Shown here piece after piece: positions 1 through 9,222 of a DNA stretch of 32,000 nt. A model generated the notes under the pieces. That model was not told where the DNA came from, did no database searches, and saw only the letters and a list, made by a program, of their open reading frames with translations. The first letter of the stretch is position 1; each line of letters begins with the position of its first letter. The position numbers were made by a program, and so were the translations under genes. The DNA is from Synechococcus sp. A15-28 (GTDB lineage: Bacteria > Cyanobacteriota > Cyanobacteriia > PCC-6307 > Cyanobiaceae): NCBI RefSeq assembly GCF_014280175.1, contig NZ_CP047931.1:1320001-1352000 (forward strand), given 5' to 3'.

Positions 1-2093
1 GCCGTGATCTCACCGCAGCAGCCCGTGACGGTCAGTTGGACCCGGTGATCGGTCGGGATGAAGAAATCCGCCGCACCATCCAGATTCTCAGCCGCCGCAC
101 CAAGAACAACCCCGTTCTGATCGGAGAACCCGGTGTCGGCAAAACTGCGATCGTGGAAGGGCTGGCGCAGCGCATCGTCAACGGCGACGTTCCCCAGGCT
201 CTGCAGAACCGACAGCTGATTGCCCTGGATATGGGCGCACTGATCGCCGGGGCCAAATACCGCGGTGAATTCGAGGAACGACTCAAAGCGGTGCTGAAGG
301 AGGTCACCTCCTCCGATGGACAGATTGTGCTGTTCATCGATGAGATCCACACCGTGGTGGGTGCTGGCGCCAGCGGTGGCGCCATGGATGCCAGCAATCT
401 GCTCAAACCGATGCTGGCCCGGGGTGAACTGCGCTGCATCGGCGCCACCACCCTCGATGAACACCGGCAGCACATCGAAAAAGACCCTGCCCTGGAGCGC
501 CGCTTCCAGCAGGTGCTGGTGGATCAGCCCACGGTGGTGGACACGATTTCAATCCTGCGGGGCCTGAAGGAGCGCTATGAGGTGCACCACGGCGTGCGCA
601 TCGCTGACAGTGCCCTAGTGGCCGCCGCCATGCTCAGCAGCCGCTACATCACCGATCGCTTCCTGCCGGATAAGGCCATCGATCTGGTGGATGAATCTGC
701 CGCGCGGCTGAAAATGGAGATCACCTCCAAACCGGAACAGATCGACGAGATCGATCGCAAGATTCTGCAGCTGGAGATGGAAAAGCTTTCCCTTGGCCGC
801 GAGTCCGACAGTGCCAGCCAGGAGCGGTTGCAACGGATCGAACGGGAGCTGGCGGAGCTCGGGGAGCAGCAGAGCAGCCTCAATGCCCAGTGGCAGCAGG
901 AGAAAGGAGCCATCGATGAGCTGTCATCTCTGAAAGAGGAGATCGAACGGGTGCAACTCCAGGTGGAGCAGGCCAAACGCAACTACGACCTCAACAAGGC
1001 GGCTGAACTCGAATACGGCACCCTGGCCACGCTGCAGCGGCAACTGCAGGACAAGGAAAGCCAGTTGGAACACGAGGACGGGACAGACAAAACCCTGTTG
1101 CGGGAGGAGGTCACCGAGGACGACATCGCCGAGGTGATCGCCAAGTGGACCGGCATCCCCGTGGCCCGTCTTGTGCAGAGCGAGATGGAGAAACTGCTGC
1201 AGCTGGAGGACGACCTGCACCGACGGGTGATCGGCCAGAACCAGGCGGTCACCGCTGTGGCCGATGCCATCCAGCGCTCTCGGGCTGGCCTCAGTGATCC
1301 CAATCGACCAATCGCCAGCTTTCTGTTCCTTGGCCCGACGGGTGTGGGCAAGACCGAACTGTCCAAAGCGCTGGCCAGTCGCCTCTTCGACAGCGACGAC
1401 GCCATGGTGCGCATCGACATGTCGGAATACATGGAGAAACACACCGTCAGCCGACTGATCGGAGCCCCTCCGGGCTACGTGGGTTATGAGGCCGGCGGCC
1501 AGCTCACCGAAGCCGTGCGTCGACGGCCCTACGCCGTGATTCTGTTCGACGAGGTGGAAAAAGCCCACCCCGATGTGTTCAACGTGATGCTCCAGATCCT
1601 CGATGACGGCCGCGTCACCGACGGCCAGGGACGCACCGTGGATTTCACGAATACGGTGCTAATTCTTACCAGCAACATTGGCAGCCAGTCGATCCTGGAG
1701 CTCGCCGGTGATCCCGATCGGCATGGGGAGATGGAGCAACGCGTCAATGAAGCGCTCAAGGCCAAATTCCGTCCGGAATTTCTCAACAGACTCGACGATC
1801 AGATCATCTTCCGCAGCCTTGAGAAAGAGGAATTGCGCCGAATCGTGTCACTCCAGGTGGAGCGTCTGAGCGGGCGACTGGAACAACGCAAGTTGGAGCT
1901 TCGACTCAGCGAGGCCGCTGCCGACTGGCTGGCCACCATCGGTTTTGATCCTGTGTATGGAGCAAGACCCTTGAAGCGAGCCATCCAGCGTGAACTGGAA
2001 ACACCTATCGCCAAAGCGATCCTGGCTGGACAGCTCAGTGAGGGAAAGACCGTGGATGTTGATGTTGATGGAGAAAAACTCTCAATCCGTTGA
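1..2093 (+). CDS. clpB: ATP-dependent chaperone ClpB (AAA+ ATPase), 5' truncated by window edge
   Basis: Frame 3 is open from base 3 ([48 protein letters not shown]). Two Walker A motifs ([16 protein letters not shown]), a coiled-coil middle region and the ClpB C-terminal [10 protein letters not shown]. Stop TGA at 2091-2093. Confidence 0.97.
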   Translation, partial: RDLTAAARDGQLDPVIGRDEEIRRTIQILSRRTKNNPVLIGEPGVGKTAIVEGLAQRIVNGDVPQALQNRQLIALDMGALIAGAKYRGEFEERLKAVLKEVTSSDGQIVLFIDEIHTVVGAGASGGAMDASNLLKPMLARGELRCIGATTLDEHRQHIEKDPALERRFQQVLVDQPTVVDTISILRGLKERYEVHHGVRIADSALVAAAMLSSRYITDRFLPDKAIDLVDESAARLKMEITSKPEQIDEIDRKILQLEMEKLSLGRESDSASQERLQRIERELAELGEQQSSLNAQWQQEKGAIDELSSLKEEIERVQLQVEQAKRNYDLNKAAELEYGTLATLQRQLQDKESQLEHEDGTDKTLLREEVTEDDIAEVIAKWTGIPVARLVQSEMEKLLQLEDDLHRRVIGQNQAVTAVADAIQRSRAGLSDPNRPIASFLFLGPTGVGKTELSKALASRLFDSDDAMVRIDMSEYMEKHTVSRLIGAPPGYVGYEAGGQLTEAVRRRPYAVILFDEVEKAHPDVFNVMLQILDDGRVTDGQGRTVDFTNTVLILTSNIGSQSILELAGDPDRHGEMEQRVNEALKAKFRPEFLNRLDDQIIFRSLEKEELRRIVSLQVERLSGRLEQRKLELRLSEAAADWLATIGFDPVYGARPLKRAIQRELETPIAKAILAGQLSEGKTVDVDVDGEKLSIR

Positions 2094-2723
2094 GCTGGCC
2101 TGCAGGGTTGTAACAAGCAAAAGAATCCCAACAGCAATCGCTTGTCCAAAGATGGCCAGGACCACCCCCGACATCCCATGGCTGAACAAGCCGATAGAAA
2201 TGGCTGGGTTGTAAATCCCTGATTGAGTCAAGCCGCCGATGAGAGCGAGGAAACCCAGTCCTCCTCCGATGACAAGACCGGAGAGAGGTTGAGCGAAAGG
2301 ACAGATCCGCCCTTCATCACTCCAACGGAGGATCAAGGCATACAGAGCCAGGCTGAAGACAACTTCTGGAATCAATCCATCCAAGACAAATGCGCTGCTG
2401 GTGCCGCTTGCAGGCGTGAGCGCGAAACCGATTAGTGCGCCGATGATCTGAGCCACGATGTAACTTCCAGCCTCAGTCAAGGACTCAGTCGAACGAAACG
2501 CCGTCCTGCCAAAACGCTGCTGCGTCAGAAGAACGGTCACTGCAGGGTTGAAATGGGCACCGCTGAAACGCCCAATGACATGGATGAGCAAGGCAAGGCA
2601 AAGACCGATGCCCATCGACTGCTCAAATCCATTCATGTCAGCAGTACCGACTCGACTGATGGTGAAGGCAAGCAGGGCAGTGCCCAGGGCCTCAAGACCA
2701 CTGCGCTGAACCAAAGGAAGCAT
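2082..2723 (-). CDS. MIP/aquaporin-family channel (divergent)
   Basis: 213 aa with multiple hydrophobic segments and both MIP half-repeat motifs: GAHFNPAVT and SGIYNPAIS. Confidence 0.85.
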   Translation of the reverse strand: MLPLVQRSGLEALGTALLAFTISRVGTADMNGFEQSMGIGLCLALLIHVIGRFSGAHFNPAVTVLLTQQRFGRTAFRSTESLTEAGSYIVAQIIGALIGFALTPASGTSSAFVLDGLIPEVVFSLALYALILRWSDEGRICPFAQPLSGLVIGGGLGFLALIGGLTQSGIYNPAISIGLFSHGMSGVVLAIFGQAIAVGILLLVTTLQASSTD

Positions 2724-2738
2724 CGTGAGCCTGGGGAG

Positions 2739-3215
2739 TTAGCGCACCGCCTCAAACCAGGGCGGCACAGAGCGAACCTGCGCAGCATTGCGCGAATTTT
2801 CGCGAGCTTCAACCGCCCAGCAACAGCTGCGTCCGGAATCACGCTCCTTCAGCAAGGCGTTGGCCCAATCCCAGACAAGGGCCGCTGTCGACTCCATCCC
2901 AACGTTCTCCATCACCCGCAGATCGAGCGCTCCCTGCCCATGCAACCGTCGCCAGTCCTCCAGAAGAGGGTCGTCGGAATTCACAAGAAACGTGTGGTCA
3001 AACTGCTCGCGCAGTTGCTGCTCCAACGGCCGCAGACTGGAGAAATCGACTACAAAGCCACACGCATCCAGCTCCGTTGCGGCAAACCACAAGGTGAAAC
3101 TGCGGCTGTACCCATGCACGAAGCGGCAGTGGCCGGAATGACGCCACTGCCGATGGCAGCAGGGGTAATTCTCGAACTGTTTGCTGCAGGTGAAACGCGT
3201 GGGAGCTTCGGGCAC
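2739..3215 (-). CDS. 6-pyruvoyl-tetrahydropterin synthase / 6-carboxytetrahydropterin synthase-like protein (QueD/PTPS fold)
   Basis: CxxxHG core ([13 protein letters not shown]), [26 protein letters not shown] and [14 protein letters not shown] match the PTPS family layout. Likely GTG start. Confidence 0.75.
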   Translation of the reverse strand: MPEAPTRFTCSKQFENYPCCHRQWRHSGHCRFVHGYSRSFTLWFAATELDACGFVVDFSSLRPLEQQLREQFDHTFLVNSDDPLLEDWRRLHGQGALDLRVMENVGMESTAALVWDWANALLKERDSGRSCCWAVEARENSRNAAQVRSVPPWFEAVR

Positions 3216-3279
3216 GGCTGGCGACAGGGCGGAATCAGTCAGAACGCTGCGGGAGGATCAAGGGAGAAACCAAGGCCTG

Positions 3280-3948
3280 ATGCAGCCCCTCAGCCCAGCC
3301 TTCATCGACCAACTCCGTTTTAACGAAGCGGGGTTGATCCCAGCGATCGCCCAAGACTGGCTGGATGGGGCTGTCCTGATGGTGGCCTGGATGAATCGGG
3401 ACTCGATTCAACAAACCTTGAGCAGCGGCGAGGCTCATTACTGGAGTCGATCACGGCAGGAGCTCTGGCATAAAGGCGCCACCAGTGGTCACACCCAATT
3501 GGTTCGGTCCATCCGCTACGACTGCGATGCCGATGTGCTGCTGCTGACCATCGAACAGAGCGGCGAGATCGCCTGCCACACGGGTGCCCGCAGTTGCTTT
3601 TTCGAGCAAAACGATCAAAGGTCGAAGGGAGGCTCCCAGGCTCTCCCCCCACCTGCCGATGCCTGCACCGAGCTGTTCCGCGTGATCGAGGGAAGGCGAG
3701 ACACTCCGGAGGAAGGGAGCTACACCAACAAACTGCTGGAGGGCGGCGACAACAGGATCCTCAAGAAAATCGGTGAGGAGAGTGCTGAATTCGTGATGGC
3801 CTGCAAGGACGACAATCCCGAGGAGATCGCCGGAGAGGCCGCCGACATCCTGTTTCACATGCAGGTGGCCCTAGCGCACCACGGGGTGAGCTGGCGTCAG
3901 GTGCAGGAGGTGCTGGCCGCCAGGCGAGGGGCACCCCGCCGCCATTGA
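3280..3948 (+). CDS. hisIE: Bifunctional phosphoribosyl-AMP cyclohydrolase / phosphoribosyl-ATP pyrophosphatase
   Basis: [40 protein letters not shown] (HisI), then [10 protein letters not shown]...[31 protein letters not shown] (HisE). ATG at 3280. Confidence 0.95.
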   Translation: MQPLSPAFIDQLRFNEAGLIPAIAQDWLDGAVLMVAWMNRDSIQQTLSSGEAHYWSRSRQELWHKGATSGHTQLVRSIRYDCDADVLLLTIEQSGEIACHTGARSCFFEQNDQRSKGGSQALPPPADACTELFRVIEGRRDTPEEGSYTNKLLEGGDNRILKKIGEESAEFVMACKDDNPEEIAGEAADILFHMQVALAHHGVSWRQVQEVLAARRGAPRRH

Positions 3949-3949
3949 T

Positions 3950-4615
3950 TCAGGGAAGACAGGGACTATCACTGCTGATCACCACCTCATCTCCCAGCTG
4001 AAGCGTGCCCAGCAATGTCTTCAAGGTGTCCTGTTTCACATTGATGCAACCACCGGTCAGCGCCTGACCGACACGACGCTCATCGTTGGTGCCATGGATC
4101 GCGAAGCTGTACCAGCGGAACTTGCCGTCATAGGTGTTGAACTGAAACGGTTGATCTGTGGGAGGAACCGGCGCCAGGCTGATGTATCCGCTGCCGTATT
4201 CGCCGGACTGGCCATCACCCTTGAAATCGATGGCACTCATGTTGCGGAACAGTGAGTCCTGCAGCTCCGCTTCGCTTTTGCCGGATCGTTCCACCAGGTC
4301 CTCCTCCATCGCGAAATCGCTGTCACTGAGGATGGCGTTGACGCGAAACCTGCCCAGCGGAGTCCACCCATCCTGAAAGCGGGTCCCTGCACAGGCGAGC
4401 CCGAGGCGGCCGAAGCCGATGGGAAAGTGCAGCGTCGTCTCACCAACCTCCAGAGTTCCCTCACTGGCCGAAGGATTCTCCGCATCCAGCTGAATACGAA
4501 CCAATCGACTGGCCTCTGTCGTCTGTCCAGTCGCGTCCCCCTGATCGTTTCCGCTGGCGCAGCTGGTGACGGTCACCAGCACGACCAGCGACATCAGCGA
4601 ACGGATCGAGAACAC
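3950..4615 (-). CDS. L,D-transpeptidase (YkuD-like) lipoprotein
   Basis: Signal peptide with lipobox-like VTSC, and HGTNDERRVGQALTGGCINV resembling the YkuD HGT...GC catalytic motif. Confidence 0.75.
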   Translation of the reverse strand: MFSIRSLMSLVVLVTVTSCASGNDQGDATGQTTEASRLVRIQLDAENPSASEGTLEVGETTLHFPIGFGRLGLACAGTRFQDGWTPLGRFRVNAILSDSDFAMEEDLVERSGKSEAELQDSLFRNMSAIDFKGDGQSGEYGSGYISLAPVPPTDQPFQFNTYDGKFRWYSFAIHGTNDERRVGQALTGGCINVKQDTLKTLLGTLQLGDEVVISSDSPCLP

Positions 4616-4687
4616 GGCAATCGGATCACTGACGCCAGCTTGTCGACATCACGCTCGCCGCGCACGGTCCTTCGAGGGTTCGATGGC

Positions 4688-5329
4688 TCAGGGATGTTGC
4701 TTGGGATCGCCAAAGGCAGTGTCCTTTCGGCGCAGCCAATTCAGCGTCTCGCGATCTCGATCGGAGAGCTGAAGCACGGGCACCTTGCCCTGGTGAACCG
4801 CCATGGCATCTCCAGGATCAGGACTGTGCCCCCAGAGCCCGAAGGCATGGCCCAACTCGTGCAACGCCGTGGCTTGCAACGCAGTCGCCCGAAGTTCCGG
4901 TGAAACAAGCACCGCCACCTCGGGCTCAAATCGCCACACGCCCTGCCTCCGAACCTTCACGAGCTGTAGTCGACTGCGACCGTTGCTGGCGCGCCAGCCA
5001 CTGGCCGTTCGTCGCCTGGGAGGTCGTTGCCGCAATAGCCGTACATGGGCCTGTTCCGGAGTGTTGACGAGAACCACCGGCAAATGGTTTGACCAGGTGT
5101 CCAGTGCCGCCGTGACTGCCGTGAGCCAACGCTTCTGCCAACGATCAGGCGGATCACCCACAACTGGCTCAACCCAGACGCACCACTGCTGAAGTGAAGC
5201 CGGCCCCATCGAGGTGGTTGCCAAGGAGAGGCCGTACCCGGGTGCCTGAGACAGTGTGGAGCGGATCAATGGAGCCGTCTCCAGCAGCCGACTCTCCTGA
5301 GCTGGAGGACACGGCTCCACGGGCATCAA
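4688..5329 (-). CDS. Predicted Zn-dependent peptidase, metzincin/matrixin-like
   Basis: LHELGHAFGLWGHSPDPGDAMAV zinc-binding motif with a downstream Met. Confidence 0.75.
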   Translation of the reverse strand: MMPVEPCPPAQESRLLETAPLIRSTLSQAPGYGLSLATTSMGPASLQQWCVWVEPVVGDPPDRWQKRWLTAVTAALDTWSNHLPVVLVNTPEQAHVRLLRQRPPRRRTASGWRASNGRSRLQLVKVRRQGVWRFEPEVAVLVSPELRATALQATALHELGHAFGLWGHSPDPGDAMAVHQGKVPVLQLSDRDRETLNWLRRKDTAFGDPKQHP

Positions 5330-5817
5330 GCGGCGGGTAGCCCCACGCCCCGCGCCATCAGAGTTGCCAGGAAGGGGATGCTGGCGAACCCGACCAGTTC
5401 GATGTTGATGATCCAGGCCAGGCGGCTGGCCAGAGCCTCACTGACCTTCGGCAGCTCACCCTTTCGCAGGGGAATCGCCCAGAGGATGTAAGTGATTGTC
5501 GGGTAGAGGGACAGGCCGCCGACGGACAGATACAGACCGACCTTCCACCAGAACAGAGGGTTCTGCGTGTAGAACTCGGAACCCTGTCCGAAATGAAGCA
5601 CCCGCAGAATGCCGCTGACCAGCAAAGCCAGCGCTGCGATGCCATAAACGATGTCGGTGATGACCATCGCTGTGGCTTCACCGCGATCAGGGTTGGCCTT
5701 GATCAGCTTGCGCTCCAGCACCAGGGCACCGAAGCAGAACATGAAACTCACGTAGTGCACGTAGGCGGCGCCTGCGTTTTTGGCGATATCGGCAGTGAGG
5801 GCCACAGCCAGGTGCAT
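5326..5817 (-). CDS. DUF2214-type integral membrane protein
   Basis: 163 aa with about four hydrophobic segments; YVHYVSFMFCFGALVLERKL and NPLFWWKVGLYLSVGGLSLYPT are typical of this cyanobacterial family. Confidence 0.7.
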   Translation of the reverse strand: MHLAVALTADIAKNAGAAYVHYVSFMFCFGALVLERKLIKANPDRGEATAMVITDIVYGIAALALLVSGILRVLHFGQGSEFYTQNPLFWWKVGLYLSVGGLSLYPTITYILWAIPLRKGELPKVSEALASRLAWIINIELVGFASIPFLATLMARGVGLPAA

Positions 5818-5996
5818 GGGATTCGACCGGAAAACGCCGCGACCCTAACCGGCCTGATGACAAAGGCATAAAAGATTGGCTTCAACAAACAGAAGAAAAG
5901 GTATAAACATTGCCGAATCATTAATTCCGCAGTCTTTATTACACCCGGAAAAGAAGAACACAAGCGTTCTAGGTTCAATTCAGCGACTAAGACCAG

Positions 5997-6923
5997 ATGG
6001 TGAGCTCTCTGAGTGCCTTTCTTGGTGAAATCGGCCGCCACCAGTTACTGACCCCAGAGCAGGAACTCATGCTGGGGCGGAAGGTTCAGGCAATGGTTGC
6101 CATCACGGAACCCTGCACTCTTGCCGGAGGACAAGGTGATGCTTGCACATACAGCGACGAAGAAAAAGCGGTGATTCGGCGTGGAGAGCGGGCGAAAAAT
6201 CAAATGATCACCGCCAATCTTCGGCTGGTTGTCAATCTCGCCAAGCGCTACCAGGGAAAGGGGCTGGATCTCCTGGATCTCATCCAGGAAGGGACCCTTG
6301 GCCTGACCCGTGCCGTGGAGAAGTACGACCCCACCCGAGGCCACCGCTTTTCGACCTACGCCTACTGGTGGATTCGTCAGGGACTCAACCGTGCTCTGTC
6401 CACCCAGAGCCGCACGATTCGCATCCCCGTCAACGTCAACGAAAAACTGACCAAGTTGCGGGCTGCCAAAGCGCGCTTGATGCAACGCAACGGTCTGACA
6501 CCGACCGCGGAGCAACTGGCGGAACTCATGGAGATCCCGCTCTCCGAAGTCGAGGATCTGCTGGCCTGTGAATTGCGCAGCGTCACCGTGAGTCTTCAAG
6601 GGGTGGTGAAGTCAAAATCGGATCCCTCCGAACTGGTGGACGTTCTCCCAAGCGATGAACTGCCTCCGATGGAGCGGGCTGAAATCGCCGAACGATCCGC
6701 ATCGGTGTGGACCTTGCTCGGCAAAGCCAATCTCACGCCCAAGGAGCGCACCGTGGTGACCCTGCGCTTCGGCCTCGACGGCACCAACGAGTGGCGCACC
6801 CTGGCCGAGGTGGCACGGCACATGAATTGCTCGCGTGAATATTGCCGTCAGGTTGTGCAGCGTGCCCTGCGCAAACTGCGTAAAACAGGTATTCAGAGTG
6901 GTCTGGTGGAATCGACACTCTGA
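5997..6923 (+). CDS. RNA polymerase sigma factor, group 2 (RpoD-like, type II)
   Basis: NLRLVVNLAKRYQGKGLDLLDLIQEGTLGLTRAVEKYDPTRGHRFSTYAYWWIRQGLNRAL (regions 2.1-2.4), regions 3 and 4 with LTPKERTVVTLRFGL and an HTH. No region 1.1 acidic extension. Confidence 0.93.
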   Translation: MVSSLSAFLGEIGRHQLLTPEQELMLGRKVQAMVAITEPCTLAGGQGDACTYSDEEKAVIRRGERAKNQMITANLRLVVNLAKRYQGKGLDLLDLIQEGTLGLTRAVEKYDPTRGHRFSTYAYWWIRQGLNRALSTQSRTIRIPVNVNEKLTKLRAAKARLMQRNGLTPTAEQLAELMEIPLSEVEDLLACELRSVTVSLQGVVKSKSDPSELVDVLPSDELPPMERAEIAERSASVWTLLGKANLTPKERTVVTLRFGLDGTNEWRTLAEVARHMNCSREYCRQVVQRALRKLRKTGIQSGLVESTL

Positions 6924-6944
6924 ACCGCCAACCTGCGAGGACCG

Positions 6945-7322
6945 TTGATGGCGCAATCCACTGAACGAGCATCCCAGGCCACCATTGATGCCACGGTCAT
7001 CGACAGCGAACTGGTCGATGAAAATCTGCTGAAGCGGCTGCTGGTTCGTGCCGGGCGAACCTTGGCAACCCCTGCCCTGGAAGCACTGGAGCTGCTGCTG
7101 GATCCGAGCACGCCGTCACCAGTCCGTCTGACGATGCTGGCAGCCCTCAGTTACCTCTTGATGCCGGCCGACCTCATCCCGGACATCCTCCCGGTGGCCG
7201 GATTCAGTGATGACCTCGTCGCCTTGACGGCCGTGATCGGGGCCTGGCGAAATCACCTCACCCCTGCCATCCAGGCCCGGGCCCAGCGCAGACTGGATCA
7301 GTGGTTCCCACTGACACGCTGA
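6945..7322 (+). CDS. YkvA-like DUF1232 family protein
   Basis: LAALSYLLMPADLIPDILPVAGFSDDLVALTAVIG is the DUF1232 core. Confidence 0.85.
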   Translation: MMAQSTERASQATIDATVIDSELVDENLLKRLLVRAGRTLATPALEALELLLDPSTPSPVRLTMLAALSYLLMPADLIPDILPVAGFSDDLVALTAVIGAWRNHLTPAIQARAQRRLDQWFPLTR

Positions 7323-7332
7323 GCATCGACCG

Positions 7333-7647
7333 ATGGCTGCCTGGACCCCTGAACTGGAAGCAGATCTGAGTCAACTGCTGAAGGACTGGCTCAAGCAGCA
7401 AGGTCGCACCCAGGCAGACCTTCGCCGCAGCCTCAAGGCCGTCTCCACCCGGATGCCAGCGCTGCTGGAGGTTTTGGAGCGGGAACATCGGCTCAACGGC
7501 CTGTCCGGACTGGTGGCTCGGCTCTGCCGTGTTGAAGACGAGTGGCACGGCAGCGCTGATCATGCGGATGAAGCGACAAACCAAAGCGATCCCTTCGGCC
7601 AATTGGATCTCCTGCTCCAGGAAATTCGCCAGGACTGCCCCAGCTGA
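7333..7647 (+). CDS. Conserved hypothetical protein (104 aa)
   Basis: Compact ORF in operon-like spacing between the DUF1232 gene and the next ORF. Confidence 0.6.
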   Translation: MAAWTPELEADLSQLLKDWLKQQGRTQADLRRSLKAVSTRMPALLEVLEREHRLNGLSGLVARLCRVEDEWHGSADHADEATNQSDPFGQLDLLLQEIRQDCPS

Positions 7648-7688
7648 GACACTTCAGCGGCAAAGTGGTGATCAACAGCGAGGACCCA

Positions 7689-7868
7689 ATGACCACGGCA
7701 ACGTTGACCGCTGTCTGCATGCTGCTCCTGAGCGTCACCACAGCACTCGCTCCTGCTGCCAGAGCGCAATCGGAAGGCTGGATGCTGGGTCCCGGCAGCA
7801 AAACCGGCAAAGACAGCAAGGTGGTTCCCACCAATTGCGTGACGACAGCCGACGGCGCCATCACCTGA
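7689..7868 (+). CDS. Small secreted protein, possibly prematurely terminated; the same frame continues after TGA to TAA at 7935-7937
   Basis: MTTATLTAVCMLLLSVTTALAPAARAQSEGW signal peptide with an A-x-A site. Frame ends NCVTTADGAIT-TGA, then reads DTKVETPSSNTPARPYYNPFND-TAA. Confidence 0.6.
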   Translation: MTTATLTAVCMLLLSVTTALAPAARAQSEGWMLGPGSKTGKDSKVVPTNCVTTADGAIT

Positions 7869-7944
7869 GACACCAAGGTCGAGACACCGTCCAGCAACAC
7901 ACCGGCCCGGCCTTACTACAACCCCTTCAACGACTAATTAAGCC

Positions 7945-8466
7945 GTGAATCGTTCCCGCAGGTCGCAAACGTCCTTTCTGACCGTCGTCGACTCCGGAGA
8001 ACGGGAAGTTGCCCGGTTACTCACCCTGATCACCGGCGTCGTGATCCTGGCGGCGCTGGTTCAGCTGGTCACATCGCTTGGCTCCAAGCTTCTGACCGGA
8101 TCGGAGGCCACCTGGCTCGGCGATGACCTGATCAAGGTGCTCGGTGATCTGCTGACGGTGCTTATTGCACTGGAAGTGCTCCAGAACATCACCAGTTATC
8201 TGCGCCGTCATGTGGTGCAGATTGAATTGGTCCTTGTCACGGCTCTCACGGCCGTGGCCCGCAAAGTGATTGTTCTGCCATCCGGCGCGGAAGACAAACC
8301 CCAATTACTGGTGGGCCTGGGAATTGCTGTGGTGTCCCTTTCAGCGGCTTACTGGCTGGTTAAACGGGCCAATGCAGGGCCAGCCAGAGTGTCCCTGGAG
8401 ATGGATCCGTCCGTTCCACCCGATGACGACGATGCGGAGGACAGAACCAATGGTCACCCAAGCTGA
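7945..8466 (+). CDS. Phosphate-starvation-inducible PsiE-like membrane protein
   Basis: Four hydrophobic segments with DDLIKVLGDLLTVLIALEVLQNITSYLRRHVVQIELVLVTALTAVARKVIVL. GTG start. Confidence 0.75.
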   Translation: MNRSRRSQTSFLTVVDSGEREVARLLTLITGVVILAALVQLVTSLGSKLLTGSEATWLGDDLIKVLGDLLTVLIALEVLQNITSYLRRHVVQIELVLVTALTAVARKVIVLPSGAEDKPQLLVGLGIAVVSLSAAYWLVKRANAGPARVSLEMDPSVPPDDDDAEDRTNGHPS

Positions 8467-8884
8467 GATCGATCTCTTCTGTGGGGTTCTCGCAACGGAT
8501 GCGCGCACTGCCCCGCAGTAGTAAGACCCACTCGAATGACTCCTGACTCATCCATTCCCCAGGGGGGGTTGATGCGTCGTTGGAGTTGATCACGGTCAAC
8601 CGCCAACGATCTCCTTCAAGCAGGGTGCGCTCAGATTCGCTTCCGGAAGCGGGAAGATCCTCACGCAGGAGGTTGTTGTCATCGACGGCAGGGATGTCCG
8701 GTTCCCCCCAGCGACGTGCAATCTCAAATCCCCAGGTTCTGGCGAGGGCCACAACTTCGTTGTGACTCGTGCAGGCAGCCAGCGATTGCCTGCGGTGATC
8801 ATCACCATCAAGGCTCTGAACCAACTGCTGAAGCTGGTCCACCTTGTGCAGGAAGCGACTGAGATCCTGCTCTGTCATTCCCAT
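8360..8884 (-). CDS. Nif11-like N-terminal domain fused to a cupin domain
   Basis: N-terminus LSRFLHKVDQLQQLVQSL...EVVALARTWGFEI resembles the Nif11 pattern. C-terminus SFEWVLLLRGSARIR...EEIDLSLGDHWFCPPHRRHRVE...GTLWLALHW resembles a cupin. Confidence 0.7.
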   Translation of the reverse strand: MGMTEQDLSRFLHKVDQLQQLVQSLDGDDHRRQSLAACTSHNEVVALARTWGFEIARRWGEPDIPAVDDNNLLREDLPASGSESERTLLEGDRWRLTVINSNDASTPPGEWMSQESFEWVLLLRGSARIRCENPTEEIDLSLGDHWFCPPHRRHRVERTDPSPGTLWLALHWPV

Positions 8885-8967
8885 CGCAACTCGGCATGCA
8901 GTGATCCTGGCAACAGACAGAGGGACTCTCAGACGCCGAAAGTCAGGAAGCCCTGATCTTTCCGCTC

Positions 8968-9201
8968 ATGCCAACAGCGACCAAGGTTCTGACCATCGGA
9001 GATCTGGAAGCGGGCTTTGCGACGTACTGCCAAGCGCTGCGTCGGCTGGTAGCCGATGGTCGTGAGATGGACTCCATCCGTCGCACGATCTGCTGGGATT
9101 ATCTGAATCGCCTGCACACCTCTCTGCCCCAGAGCTACCGCTCCCCTGAAGAGCTGGTGGCGCGTTACAAAAGGGCTTCGCTTGCTGCTGCTGCAAACTG
9201 A
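8968..9201 (+). CDS. Conserved hypothetical protein (77 aa)
   Basis: MPTATKVLTIGDLEAGFATYCQALRRLVADGREMDSIRRTICWDYLNRLHTSLPQSY; isolated intact small ORF in co-directional spacing. Confidence 0.6.
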   Translation: MPTATKVLTIGDLEAGFATYCQALRRLVADGREMDSIRRTICWDYLNRLHTSLPQSYRSPEELVARYKRASLAAAAN

Positions 9202-9222
9202 GCGGCAGTTGAACCATCCTTT

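Noticed and set aside
924-1568. 214-aa minus-strand ORF inside clpB, and other clpB antisense ORFs
   Set aside because: These mirror the strongly conserved ClpB frame and are compositional artefacts.
7866-7937. Selenocysteine decoding of the in-frame TGA as a firm claim
   Set aside because: No convincing SECIS hairpin was found by eye after the TGA, and no Sec machinery is visible in the window. Kept only as one of several hypotheses.
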